Positions 26,345 through 39,483 of a DNA stretch of 64,000 bases are shown here, piece after piece (the first letter of the stretch is position 1; each line of letters opens with the position of its first letter). Location of the stretch: the NCBI RefSeq assembly GCF_036321535.1, contig NC_087437.1:24306001-24370000 (forward strand). The letters are read 5' to 3'. The position numbers were made by a program, and so were the translations under genes. Under the pieces are notes generated by a model. That model had not been told where the DNA came from, searched no databases, and was given only the letters and a program-made list of their open reading frames with translations. This stretch comes from Camelus dromedarius. Lineage: Eukaryota.

Positions 26345-26795
26345 TTAGTTAAGTATGAAATAGCTCCTCCACTATCCATTCTGTTCTTCATTCTTTTCAT
26401 AATTGAACAATATCTACTCCACCAAGTTTTAGCAGAGAACATGGCTACCGAGGCAGAAACTATGTTTCCAAGGCTCCCTTGCAACTAAGTGTAGCTAAGT
26501 TCTTGTTTAATAGGATGTGAGTAGAAGTGATATATGCAATTTATTGGGTAAGGGAAGTACACCCTGAAAACTGCTGACCATAGCTTTTCTCCTGGACCAG
26601 AAACTGCATGTGCTGCTCATGAGCCAGCATTAACCGTGCAGACCACAGAAATGCCCTAGAAGGTGGTGAAGCACCGATATAGGAAGAAACTGAGTTTGTG
26701 GGCTCCCCAACTATCTCAGAAGTGTTATACAAAGAGTAAATAAACACAAAACTTTTTGAGCCATAGTATTTTGTAGAGTAGCTAGTCTGTAACTA
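26345..26795 (+). mobile_element. MLT1-type MaLR LTR, old
   Basis: actatgtttccaaggctcccttgcaactaagtgtagc...ttaataggatgtgagtagaagtgatatatgcaa...gagtaaataaac...tgagccatagtattttg. Confidence 0.6.
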
Positions 26796-26952
26796 TGTAT
26801 TCATCACACATTCTTTCATCAAAAGAAGCAATTACTATATATTTTTATGGGAGGATTAATTCTGTATTTAGGATCTGCATTTTAAGCTTTGACGAATATA
26901 ACAAAGTATAATTTAAATATTTTTCTGTACAGTTTTGCCCAAATAAGTTTTT

Positions 26953-27673
26953 TTTAACATTTTTTATTGATTTATAATCATTTTACAATGTTGTGTCAAA
27001 TTCCAGTGTTCAGCACAATTTTTCAGTCATTCATGGACATATACACACTCATTGTCACATTTTTTTCTCTGTGAGGTATCATAACATTTTGTGTATATTT
27101 CCCTGTGCTATACACTGTAATCTTGTTTATCTATTCTACAATTTTGAAATCCCAGTCTATCCCTTCCCACCCTCTGCCCCCCTGGCAACCACAAGTCTGT
27201 ATTCTCTGTCTATGAGTCTATTTCTGTCCTGTATTTACGCTTTGTTTTTGTTTGTTTGTTTGTTTTTGTTTTTTAGATTCCACATATAAGCGATTTCATA
27301 TGGTATTTTTCTTTCTCTTTCTGGCTTACTTCACTTAGAATGACATTCTCCAGGAGCATCCATGTTGCTGCAAATGGCATCATGTTGTCGGTTTTTATGG
27401 CTGAGTAGTATTCCATTGTATAAATATACCACTCTTCTTTATCCAGTCACCTGTTGATGGACATTTAGGCTGTTTCCATGTTTTGGCTATTGTAAATAGT
27501 GCTGCTATGAACATTGGGGTGCAGGTGTCATCCTGAAGTAGATTTCCTTCTGGATACAAGCCCAGGAGTGGAATTCCTGGGTCATATGGTAAGTCTATTC
27601 CTAGTCTTTTGAGGAATCTCCACACTGTTTTCCATAGTGGCTGCACCAAACTGCATTCCCACCAGCAGTGTAA
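26953..27673 (-). mobile_element. Young lineage-specific L1, 5'-truncated, with 18-bp TSD; copy C
   Basis: Minus [35 protein letters not shown]...DWIKK. TSD ttgcccaaaataagtttt at 26935-26952 and 27674-27691, followed by aa (TTTT/AA endonuclease site). Confidence 0.95.
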
Positions 27674-28299
27674 TTGCCCAAATAAGTTTTAACCTTCTTG
27701 AAGTCAGACTCTTCCTGGAAGATCTGCTACCAAGCATACATGCTAGTAATGACAGTACACATACTTCTGATGTATAAGAAGTGTTTTGATACAAGGACAG
27801 AACACAACTTGGAGAAGTTCAAACCTCGGCTCTTGTGCTTATTAACCAAATCACTTTGAACCTAATTTTTATATATAAAGTGCTTACTGCATACTAGCTA
27901 CTTAATAAATGCTATTTCCAAAGTAGTCTATAACATTTATAAACAACTGCAAAACAAGGTGAACCCATCTTCTGCAATTCATCACAACTTGATTTTACCC
28001 ATGTATGTTTGTTTTGCTGTTTGTTTTTTTTTTTAATTTGAGATCCATCATAAGCTATTTTGGAAGAATTTTAGTGGTGTAATGGAATTTTAACCCTTTC
28101 ATATTCTCTGTATACTTTTTACCTTAATTTGGTAAAAATCAACCTAAAAAAGGAAATTTGGATAAATAATCACAGATGCATGAGATCTATTTCTCAATAT
28201 CTCTTGTGTCCTTAATAATCTTTAAAATAAGTTAAATTTTCCCATATTTCATATTATTGTATTTTGCTTTTTAAAACTCAAGATCAGTTTCATATTACC

Positions 28300-29333
28300 C
28301 CACAAAGTTACAGTAATAAAAATAGTGTGGTACTGCCATAAACACAGATGTTTAGACCAATGGAATTGAAAGCCCAGAAATGCGTATATGGCCAGCTAAT
28401 CTTTGACAAAAGTGCCAAGAATACACAATGAGGGGAGGGTGGCCTCATCAATAAATGGTGTTGGAAAAAGTGGATATCCACATACAAAAGAATGAAATTA
28501 GACCCTTATCTTACATATTACAAAAGATCAACTCAAAATTGATTAAAGACTTAAATGTAACACCTGAAACTGTAAAACTCCTAGAAGAAAACATAGGAAC
28601 AAGGAGCCTTAACACTGGTCTTGGCAATGATTTTTTTGGATTTGACACCAAAAGCACAGGCAACAAAAGCAAACATAAACAAGTGAGATCACATAAAGCT
28701 AAAAGTTTCTGCACAGCAAAGGGAAAACTTGACAAAATGGAAAGGCATTGTATGCAGTGGAGAAAATATCTGCAAACTACAAATCAGCTAAAGGGTTAAT
28801 ACGCAGAATATACAAGGGACATGTACAACTAATACCAAAAACAAGCAAACAAATAACCTGATTAAAAAAGTGGACAAACTACTTGAATAGGCTTTTTTTT
28901 TCCAAAGATGACACGCAGATGGCCAACGTGTATATGAAAATGTGTTCAGCATCACCAATCATCAGGGAAATGCAAATTACAACTACAATCAGATATCACC
29001 TCATGCCTACTAGGATGGCTCATATACAAAATGACAAAAGATAACAAGTGTTGGTGAGGGTGTGGAGAATAGGGAACCCTCTTACACTGCTGGTGGGAAT
29101 ACAATTTGGTACAGCCATTATGAAAAACAGTATGGAGGAGTCCTCTAAAAACTAAAACTAGAACTATCATATGATCCAGAAATCTCACCTCTGGGTATAG
29201 ATCTAAAAGGAAATTAAATCGGTACCTCAGAGATACGCACAATCCCATGTTCATTGCAGCATCTTTCACAGTAGGCCAGATATGGAAACAACAGGTAAAT
29301 GAATAAAGAAATTGAGATACACACGTGTGCGTG

Positions 29334-29364
<31 letters not shown>

Positions 29365-29882
29365 GAGTATTATTCGGACTTAAAAAAAGAAGGAAAGTTT
29401 GCCATTCGTGACAACAAGGATTGAACCTAGAGGACTGTATGCTAAGAGAAATGAGCCAAATACAGAAAGGCAAATAGTGCATGATCTCACTTACTTGTGA
29501 AATCTAAAAAAGAAAAAAGAAGTTGAACTCATAGTAACAGAGAATAGATTGTGGCCACCAAGGGCATGGGGGTGGGTGCACGGGGGAGAAGTGGAAACGG
29601 TCAGAGGGAACAGAGGGAACAAGCTTTGTTATAAAGTGAATTAAGTTCTGGAGACCTAATGTTCAGCAAGGTGACTATAGTCAATGATGTGCTGTGTACT
29701 TGAAATTTGCTGAGAGTAGATCTCAAAGTTCACTATGTGAGATGATGTATATGTTAATTAGCTTGATTGTGGTAATCATGTCACAAAGTATATGTGTATC
29801 AAAACATCACGTTATACAACCTAAATATATACAATTTTTTGTTGTCAATCATACCTCTATAAAGTTGGAAGAAAAAAAAAGA
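28300..29882 (+). mobile_element. L1MA-like 3' portion (ORF2 end, 3' UTR, A tail)
   Basis: KINSKLIKDLNVTPETVKLLEENIG in ORF 28455-28799. 3' UTR aagttctggagacctaatg...cttgaaatttgctgagagtagatctcaa...aaagttggaagaaaaaaaaa. Confidence 0.9.
29334..29362. repeat. (CA)n microsatellite inside L1
   Basis: Uninterrupted cacaca run. Confidence 0.95.
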
Positions 29883-30149
29883 AAATGCTATATGACAATG
29901 CTATTGTTTACCTGGTATGTATGTCATACTTTTAAGAAATTCTGATAAATATATAGGAAAGGAAATTGTTTCCATTTCTGTATACTAGTTAATATTTTAT
30001 CCACTAAATTTTAATATATGTTGCTTTATTGTATTTAAAAATAAATTTTGGTAAGATCTTCTTCAGAATTTATTATCATGAATGAATACAAACTTACACT
30101 GAACGATGTCCAACTTTAATACAACTGCTCCTTTATTTGCTATTCTATT

Positions 30150-30500
30150 AAGTATGTATTAGGAAACAGATATATTCACTGCTAGTGGAAATGTACATTA
30201 TCACCACATTTTTGTAAAGAAATTTATCAATAAGAAGCAAGAGTGTACTCTATAATCTAGTAATTCTACTCTTGGAAACCTATCCTAAGGAAATAATGAC
30301 AGATGTGAACAAGGATTCAAGCCAATAAACTGTTTATAGCTGTGTCATTCAAATAATAAAATTCAAAATAACCGGAATATTCCAAAGTGATAGATCAGTT
30401 AAATAAATTCCACACGTAAGTGAAGAAATCAAAATTAGATTTTAGGAAGACTTCTTATTTATTTTGATAAGTGCTTATGATATAATGTTAAGTGAGAATT
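30150..30500 (+). mobile_element. Ancient L1ME-like fragment
   Basis: cactgctagtggaaatgtacatt...atctagtaattctactcttggaaacctatcctaaggaaataat. Confidence 0.55.
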
Positions 30501-31309
30501 TCTTCAGGGTAAAACATTCTTAGAGAAAATAAATGTATCTTAATTATGCAATTTAATAACTAAGTGAAAATATGCTGAAGGCTTTTTACTTTTTACACTT
30601 TCCTGCATTTCCTATCATTTTTATATTGGCAATTACTATATTTATGATTTAAAGAAAACATTCCTTTCAAAGATAGGACTCTGATCTCTACTTTGATCTT
30701 AAGTTTCACTGTCTGTACAGAAAGAAATCAGCACAACTACTCTTAAGGAAGAGCTCTTCCGTGTGCTATAAAAGATTATCCATTATGCCCTAAAAGATGG
30801 TTGCCACATTTATGCCATTGTTTTATTCTTTTTTTCCCCCTTAAAGCAGTGTTTTCATAGTGGGATTTATCTTCTCTCTTATCCTCTTCTGACTAAGGAA
30901 GCTCCTCCTTTCTCCTTTTATTTTAAGTGCCTGGTAGCCTCCAGGTTTTTCCCACACTTTCTATTTGCACAAGGCTCTGTGCCCTACTGTTCATGTCAGA
31001 GAAGAAAAAAGAAACATCTGGGTTTTGAAAAAGGCAAATATTGTAAGAACAAAGGCACGGAAGATGGATTTTATTTTAGTACAGACTATTGTTCAATCAT
31101 ATGACTTTCTTTTGTCACATAAATACACATGGCAAATAAAGCATGCTGAGAGGAAGAGTCTTTTTTCCTCTCTCTCCCTCAAACATGTCTTTCTATAATG
31201 GCAAAATTTAAAAAGAAACTTGAGACAATCATCCAGAAATTTGCTTCTCTAAATATGCTATAAAAGATAAAATTAGAAGCAGAGGACTAATTATGCAGAA
31301 TCATGTGTT

Positions 31310-31541
31310 TCAGCTCTTTCCAGTAGAAGTTTTTGTGATGATGGATTTTATTTTATGATGATGTTGGTGGTGTTCTATACCCACTGTCCAGTACTACAGC
31401 CACTAGCCACATGTGGCTATTTAGCCCTTGAAATGGGGCTGGTGTGACTAAAGAACTGAATTTTTAATTTTATGTAATTTTAATTAATTTAAATTTAACT
31501 GGTCACATGTGTTTTCTGGCTACCCTGTGGAACAATGCAGG
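31310..31541. mobile_element. MER3-like hAT-Charlie element
   Basis: tccagtagaagtttttgtgatgatgga...agccactagccacatgtggctatttagcccttgaaatgggg...aattttaattaatttaaattt...ggctaccctgtggaacaatgcag. Confidence 0.8.
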
Positions 31542-34500
31542 CGCATTTAAATTTAGCCTGAATTCAGGATAAACTTGTATGGCTTTAGTATTGCTATTTA
31601 GCTGTAATTTCTTATTATTTATTATTTAAAAGAATTTTATAATAAACAATTTAAAATAATAATTTATAGTAATTTTTTTTTCAGGAAAATCAAGAGGTCA
31701 TTGCTCTTATTGTCAAATTCAGTCATACTTATAAAATCAATACAATTTTTAAAATATAAGAAAATGAAGTCATATCACAATACTTCTGTATAGTACCAGA
31801 ATACTTGGCATCATCAAAGTAAAAATGTGCAAGTTAAAATTCTGTTATCTGGAGAAATGTCCAAAAATAGTAGGAGAAAAAGAAAATAAGAACTTTTCAT
31901 GCCCATGCTGAATCTAAGGACTTAAATGAAATTGAATTTAATTTTTTCAAAGTAAAAACACAGCTAGTGAACAAATTCCATCTATAGGAGTATAATACCC
32001 TGTGTATAATGGGACATTTATAGATATTTTAAATAATTTTATATTACTTTATGGAAGTTATAAATCATTGGTCTATATAAGTATGCTTTGAACATACAGG
32101 AAAGTAGAAAAACTCTGTATTCCAAATAATCAAAGAGAACCACTGTCATCATTATGTTTCCTTTATTATCTCATCTAAGTTTGATATTATATCTTCCTCT
32201 GTAGTTGGGCAACATTATTCAAGGCTCTTTATAACCATTTTGAATGACTGCATAGTATTCCACTGAATGGCTGTGCAATGCTTCCTTAACCAATTCTCTT
32301 TTAGGACATTTAGGTTATTGCCAACATTTTATGTTAAAATAAGGACAGGATGAAGTTTCACTCAATTGAAAAATTTGGTCTATTATTATCAACAATAAAA
32401 GAGGTTTTGCTCTCAGAGGAAATTATCATGGATCTATTCTGAACTTTCCCTAGTATACACTATCATAACAATTTCTAGACAGAAGGGGAAAAAGGGAGAG
32501 ATCTTCACAAAATTTGCTCAGGCAACTAGAATTTAGACTCTCCTTATTGTCAATATACCACAATAAAGTCGCTGTTAGCTCTTCTCTGTAAATGTAAGTG
32601 AAATGATATCAGACAAAGAAATGCCTGTATTTCCTCTTCTTGCTCCCAGACAGGAACAGTTTTCCTCTTTTCATCCTATTAAAAAAAAACAAGCCTGCAT
32701 ACACATCGGCAGGTGCTGTTCTGAGATCCTCAGTGAGAAGTGTTTCTTGTTAACAGGGAAAGCATAGAAAGGAATCCTCCATGCCTCTTTGGTCTTGCAT
32801 CAGCGGAGGAAACCCATCCAGATGGTCCTACAGGTTCATGACCTTCAAACTCCCGAATCTCCACCTCTTTTAGGCTTTAAACCTACTCTTTGTATCAAGT
32901 CACATGATTCAGAGATGTTGAAGTTATTTTTAATTTAGAAAGCCAGTGGATTTACAGTTTCTCAGACTTAGGGATTCTGATTAGTGAAAATGAAGATAAA
33001 TGGATTCAACTACTGGTCTGAACCCCAAAGGACTTGGTAGCCTTTCTGCTAAGGTAAAGCATATAGTTGAAAAATGACAAAATAACAATAATTAATACAA
33101 AATGCTTTAAAGGTGAGTCAGACAAACATTTGGAAGGAAAACCTCCATGCCACATTGATTAGACACAGAGTGAACAAGATGAAGAGACAAGAGGCAGCTT
33201 TATTTACATCTCACATATTTTATCATCAAGGTTTATCAGATATTGAGCGATTCTGATTAAATTAATACCAATGGAGCTACATAGTCTTTATTCATGTTTC
33301 TTCCAATTAATAATATGCAGAATTCCACATATTTTTGCTCAGCCACAATTTTTTGATCATTTAGGAGGTGTTGAAATTCAATTTAAAAGCTAAAACAAAG
33401 GCATAAATGGTGTGCTTTCTGTTTCGTGAATCGCAGACACTGCTTTACTGATACTACACCCAAGATTCTAAGCTGACATCAAAGCAAAAAAAAAAAAAAA
33501 AAAAAAAATCATCTGAAATGACAGCAGCAGCTGCAGCATCCGCCTCTAAATTAGGCTGTGTTTCAAAGTCTGGACTCAACTGCTAAGCAGTATAAAGACC
33601 CAGGAGGAAGGCTGCCCAGAAAAGAGTGAGCCTTCCGACCTAACACATCAAAGTAACACATGCTAGGAAGAGCAATAAATGCATGTGGCCCACATTCACG
33701 TGCTGCCTAATTGCATTGGGCTCATGAAACCAAGACAAACCTTCAGCTGATTCCCGGTTTAAGAGAGGATTTGCGATCTTTTCTATGCAGAAAGCTGACA
33801 CAAATTGGTTGCAGATTAGAGTCTGACTCTGCAATGAAGCATCCCATAATTTCAAAAGATGGCCATTTCGATGTCATATGGCATCTTCAAAACATTGACT
33901 TCTTAATGTCGTAACATATAAACTAACCATTAGGTATAAATAAAAGTTAAAAAATAAGCTTCACAAACGGAGCAAGCCTTAATTTGTACATTCGGAGATA
34001 GACGCTTTGAGGAAAGGCTTTTTCATTTGTTTTGCATATAAATTACCAATTTTGAGGGCATTTATCTTCTAAAGCATAAGCTGTTTAATGAGAACTTAGA
34101 ATACTAATATCTATTAAGAAAGGAGAGAAATAGTTATATGTTTTAGAAGTAATTTTTAGTAGAAATGCCTACTGTCATAAGGTTTGCATTAAGGGATCAT
34201 TACTATATTTAGATGGTATAATATATTTAGTAGCACAATTTGCAATTAGGTATACAGCAACACACATAAGAAAAGCTTAATATATTAGAACTCTGAATTC
34301 TTTTATTCTGTGTTCCTTTCATGCTCTTTACTGTATTTTTCAGCCCAATGCCCTATTATTCTACAAAATACTCTTCTGTGTGTGTGAATTGCCAAAGTTA
34401 ACTTGCACAATTACCTGAGGAGACTTTAATTATAATTAGTGGAAGGCTGATAATTAATCCTATTAAGTGAAATATGCATGAGTTATCACTGAACATATGC

Positions 34501-35794
34501 ACTGAAGAAAAACCCTCAGAAATATGCAAGGTGATTATAAATAGATGAGAATGGAAAGAGAAAAATGTAATAATAAAATTGTAAAATTTTAGGCCATAAG
34601 TTTGACTAAATAAATATGACTGCAAGGCTCTGAGAAGTCAGAAAACTTTAGGATTAATCTCTTTAGTGCTCATCATGAAAGAAATTCTGCAAGAATACAC
34701 TGTATCATATTAAGATCCAGAATTTTGATCAAGGCCCAATTCCAATGATATTAATCAACTTTGAATTTATGTCCAGGATATATAATAGGTTGAATCACAT
34801 TATCTCATTTCTTGGAAAATATAAGCATTAAGTACTTTTCAGAAGGGCAGATCATGGAATGGATTATTTTTCATTATGATGGAATAAAAAAAAAATCATT
34901 CCAACCAATTCGTGCAGTGGTCTCTATTATTAATAGCTGGTGCTAATGTGATCCTCAGGAGGAAGGAAAAAAAAATTTACCTTTGTGACAATTCTGGTTG
35001 CTGTGCCTCTCCTATCTGGACATTCTCACATTCCTTAATATCACAAGATTGTCCCATCACACCATATGGGAAGTGACCTCAGTGAATGCCTTTTGTCAGG
35101 GTATAAAATGCATAGTATGGTCAAATCATGTCCTGAAAAGTTGGAATGAATTTTTCCTCCTTCAGACATCTCCCTGATCTACATCCACTCCAGGGTGTCT
35201 GAGACTAGCAAAGGTGGATGCTGATTGACAGAAGATTTAGTGATGAGAATGTCAGAAAGAACCCAACCTAATAAGAACTTAGGATTTTCCTGGATGAGTA
35301 ACAGTTCCCCTATTTGGTATATGCCAATCCCAATTCTGAACTGTGTCTTTCTTTCTAAGAGGGGTTGACTTTCTTGATATCTTAACTGACCAACAACTGT
35401 AACCATCTAAACCACCGTATATTATTATAAGCCATTTGATATTTCTAAAGCCATGAATAGCCAAGCTTATGGTGTCAGAGGGAAGACAGTGGCAGACGGC
35501 TGTGCACTGGTCTGTATGTGGAGAGCCTGAGTCGAGGAGGGGTAATGGTTTGGTCCACAGGCTTGAGCTTCCATTGATGCACAGGTCAGTGATACTGTCC
35601 CTTTGCTTGTGGCGTCTGCTTTCTGTCCTTCCAGCAGCAGTTCTGTGCTCAAGGCTAATGGTGAATTTTATTGCACTTATGAAGCCTCAGTGTCTATAAA
35701 TGATTTCACCCCTAGCACAGTCTCTTCCTGACTAGATGGAGACCTTTGAAGTGACACTGAAAACATTTTCCAAATAATTCTATGACTAGCATTC

Positions 35795-36000
35795 GTATAC
35801 TCTTCACAGTTAACAAACTTTGTTTCACATACATGATCTTGTTAACTCTCACCAGCAACCCATAGGCATTTTATCATGCCCAGTTACAGGTGAGGAAACT
35901 GGAGCTCAAGCAGAGGAAGAGAAAGATGCCTTAAATCACACAGCCAGTACAGTGCTATAGCCAGGACCTGCCCCAGACCTTCTGCCTCCAAGTCCTTTAC
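35795..36000 (-). mobile_element. MIR SINE
   Basis: ttacaggtgaggaaactggagctc...aatcacacagccagta...ccagaccttctgcctccaagtcc (antisense MIR core). Confidence 0.75.
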
Positions 36001-36904
36001 GGCTTCTACATCACCCACAGCCGTCTTCTACACAGTGTCTCAGAGAGCCTGTCATCAGAGGGTTAAACAGAAAAGTAGTAACTTTTCCAATGCTTCATCC
36101 TTAAAGTTATCCTGAAAATCATCTTTAAAAAGTCCATGGTTTATCTGAGATCTTTCATTAATTATGGTCTTAAGTAAATTTTATCTAATGTATGCTTTAA
36201 CTGATTCATAATGGTATCTTGCTGTATCAATTCTTAAATTATTTAAAAAATGTATCACGATTTGCTTGGCTTAACCTAAAATGAGATATATAGGAATGTT
36301 AATAAGATGTAAAGCCTTAATAAGGCTGGCTACTCAAATTCTTTTCATTTCTATTCTATGAAAATATCAATACATAGTTGATCTTTTTTAACAGCAAGGG
36401 AAATACTGATTCAATGTATTCTTAAATTAGGCAATGTCCTCAGTCAGATACCTTTGTTTATTAATGGGATTTTTTTTTTACAGTATTAATCACCATAAAG
36501 TGAAATTACATCTACTTTGGATAGGACGAACTCTATAACCTGGTTTATCCAGAGCAATTACAGGAGAAGAAAAAAGCCCAAGTTCTTCCATCAATACCTC
36601 ATATATTTTTCACCCATGAATTTACATATTTAGTATTTACAGCATACCTTCTATAGATGCACATACGTGTGTGTGTATGACTTCTTGAAACAGTTTATAA
36701 ACAAATACAAATTTTGATAGGTGCTATGAAGCGCAGTAAAGGCAATAGCGAATGATCGTGAAAATCAGACTAGGTGTCTCTCAGGAAACACATTAAAAAT
36801 TAGCAAGAGTTAGGCGGGTGAAAAGCTGGCAGAAGGCTCTTCTATAGTGAAGAATCAGAATCTGTTTGTATGAATTCCTATTCAAAGAGAATCGTTATTT
36901 TTTC

Positions 36905-37750
36905 AAGATTCAAAACCAATAAGCACCAATTATCTGCCAAGCTCCATTCTAGGTATTGGGGCAATAAAAAAAGGTTTCTCTTAATGAAGCTCACATTCCA
37001 GTGGAGGAAATGATAAACAAAAGAAAGAAGTGTGGGGAAGAGGGGAAGAGGAGGGAGGTGGTGATTTTAGGATAGGGACAAGTACATTAAAAAAAAAAAA
37101 AAAAAGAAACAATACTGTAACATGTCATAGAGAGTAACTGGGGTTAGGAGAAGGATGCCTTTAGATTTTCTGGCATTAAAAGCTCCTCTAAAGAGGTGAT
37201 AGCTGAACTGGGTTTTGACTGACAAGGATGGGCCAGCCAAGTAAAGACCTGAGGGAAGAGGATTCCAGGCAGAGGAAAGAGCAAGCTAATGACCGTAATG
37301 TGAAAACGAGCTTGCTATATTTAGGCAACAAATAATCGACAGCCAGCATGGTGGAAGTACAGTGAGTGGAGAGAGAGGAGCAAGACTAGGAGAGCCTGTG
37401 GAAGTGAGGCTTGTGGCCATACCCGGGGTTCAGCTGTTAGAACTGGGGGACTCAAGGACCCTCCTAAGAAAGAGTATGAGAAGCAGGAAAAGTGGATAAA
37501 TCATCAGGGTCATGGTGGATGGGATTCAAGATTTTGAATTGTAGTCAGTGCCATGAAAAACCATTGAAGGTTTTCAAGAAAATGAGTGACATTCTCAATT
37601 CCACGTCTTATCTGGTGGAGGGCTTGCATGGAGAATAAGAATGGAGGAAGGGTGAACAGTCAGCAGACTATTTCAGGAGCTCGCCAGGAAGGGAGCGCTG
37701 TAAGCAAAATTATCATGACGGAGATGGAGAAAAGCGAACAGATTAAAGAC
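36905..37750 (-). mobile_element. L2 fragments
   Basis: taagcaccaattatctgccaagctccattctaggtattgggg, attccaggcagaggaaagagcaag, ccattgaaggttttcaag (antisense L2 3' region). Confidence 0.7.
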
Positions 37751-38910
37751 CCTGTGGTGCTTTCGAAAGCCAGTGGTATTTGACCTGAAGAATCTAAAAT
37801 GCATTCTTTCAAAGAGTGTTAAGTGTGCCACCCATACAGAAAGCAATTTTAAATAATGCCCTCAAATTAAGTTTTACGTATATTTCCTTTCTTTTAACTT
37901 TAATATTTTCTCTCACAAATATGCTGCATTGGTTTGTGTCTTTATGAAAACTTTCTGCCTAAGAAGACTTTACCATCAGCTTACAGACCCCTGAATGCAG
38001 ACTTTTTATTGAAGAGGTCATATGAATTTCTAACAATATCACCTTAATTAAATTGAGATGTCTTCATTTTTTCTCCTGCTGTTTTAATGAGAATATATTC
38101 CACTTTCTGATACGAAATAAAAGTTATATGAATACAAATTCATTATAAACCCTCTGATTTTGAAAGAAAACATACACTTTGATATTGTTAATTGTTTTCA
38201 AAAGCAAAGCTTCTGTGCAAGAACATGAAACACGGCTATTTACATTGTTACCAGATGAATTTCAAATCAAAATGCTGTTTTCATTACTTCAACAAAGAAT
38301 AGCAATTGTTTCTTTCAGGATGTAATTGAAGTACCTACTGAGTGTCAAAATATTCTCTCCCCCCACCTCCCCCCCAGCCCTGACCAATTGGTAACTACTA
38401 AAGAGGAATTTGGCAAAAGTCCAGAGTTCTCATAAAATTCTTACAGGTTAACCCTTTAGTATTGATTCTTGTGAACATTTCTTCTGCTTTACCCTTTCTC
38501 ATGAAGAAAGAACACCAAAAATCAAAGACACATTCCCTCGGTAGAGATAACACTGACATCTCAGGATATTTTCATCATGGTAGTGGCTACAGTGCCCCCA
38601 TATGCTCAGTGCAGAAGGGTCAACATGGTTAGAAGCCATCTGGGGAGCTGTGGTGGAAAGCAGAGGGCAAGTCTAGAATTAGGCAACCTTCACGCTTTGT
38701 GTCAGGTTCTAGGTCCCAAAGCTAGACTTCTGGAACTTCAGAAACTCCCAGAGGTGTAGGTCACAAGGAGATAAATTTAGGGATATGAGGCACCTTCTTC
38801 AGCAAGCAGTGACTTAGTGCTCACATACTGTTCAGTATGCACTCTGCTTCTTAATGGACCTTTCGACAGAAAAGGATACACTCCCAACCATCTAAAGATA
38901 TTACATATTA

Positions 38911-39249
38911 GTGAAAGGTTTGGAAGGAAAAGAGGAAGAAAATGGAAAAGGAGATGGGAAACATGGAGAAGAGGGACAGGAAGATGAAAGCAAGCCTGAA
39001 ACTGGAAAAGAAATAGCCAAAAAAGAAGAGGTCAAAAAAGAAGATGGAAAAAAAAAAAAAAAAAAAAGCCCCAGAATACTGTTTAAAGCTGCCCTATATG
39101 GTTTCTTAACTTGGTAATATGTACCTCTATGTTTTAATGTTAATAGAGGTGACTGTTTTTATCAATTGTATAAACACAGCTTTTCTTTAGCATCAATTTA
39201 ATTTCAAAACATCTTCATACTGATTATCAGTCACAAAGTTCCTAACATG
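38911..39249 (+). pseudogene. HMGN5: Retrocopy fragment of HMGN5 (NSBP1): acidic C-terminus, stop codon and proximal 3' UTR
   Basis: Translates as KGLEGKEEENGKGDGKHGEEGQEDESKPETGKEIAKKEEVKKEDGK, then after an A20 run (39048-39067) KPQNTV* (taa 39084-39086). This matches the recalled HMGN5 end EIKEDDGKKEEPQSIV*. The downstream ctgccctat...ttggtaatatgtacct...taaacacagcttttctttagcat resembles the recalled HMGN5 3' UTR. No nucleosome-binding domain and no ATG. Confidence 0.78.
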
Positions 39250-39483
39250 GGAACCAGTCTTTCAGGATAGGAAAAAGGCTTTACTGGCCTCAAATAGCTG
39301 CTTTATGAGATGCAGCGAAGCAGGCAATATAGAAGCAAAAAGTAAAACAGCAGAAGAAGAAATGATAAAGATTAGATTCTGTGCTGAAAGAGAAACTGAG
39401 AAAAAAAGATGACATTTCAGAAGAAGACAAAGGAAATGTTAAACAGTGTGAAATCAATTATGCAAATAAATTCCAGAACTTCC
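39248..39483 (+). pseudogene. FRG1: Intronless internal fragment of FRG1 coding sequence (about aa 138-216 of the human protein), frameshifted
   Basis: Translates [53 protein letters not shown], +1 frameshift in A7 at 39401-39407, then [25 protein letters not shown]. Recalled FRG1: [79 protein letters not shown]. Confidence 0.93.

Noticed and set aside
33606..33636. 8-bp inverted repeat ggaaggct...agccttcc; also aacagtt...aactgtt near 59320-59350
   Set aside because: Stems too short to indicate a structured RNA; expected by chance in 64 kb.
34981..35132. Minus-strand exon-like segment (ttttcag|gac...aaag|gtaaat)
   Set aside because: Stop codons in all three frames and no partner exons identified; cannot be supported without transcript data.
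38911..39117. 68-aa acidic/lysine-rich ORF as a functional gene
   Set aside because: GTG start, no HMGN nucleosome-binding domain, and the A20 run shifts the frame off the parental stop. It is a pseudogene fragment.
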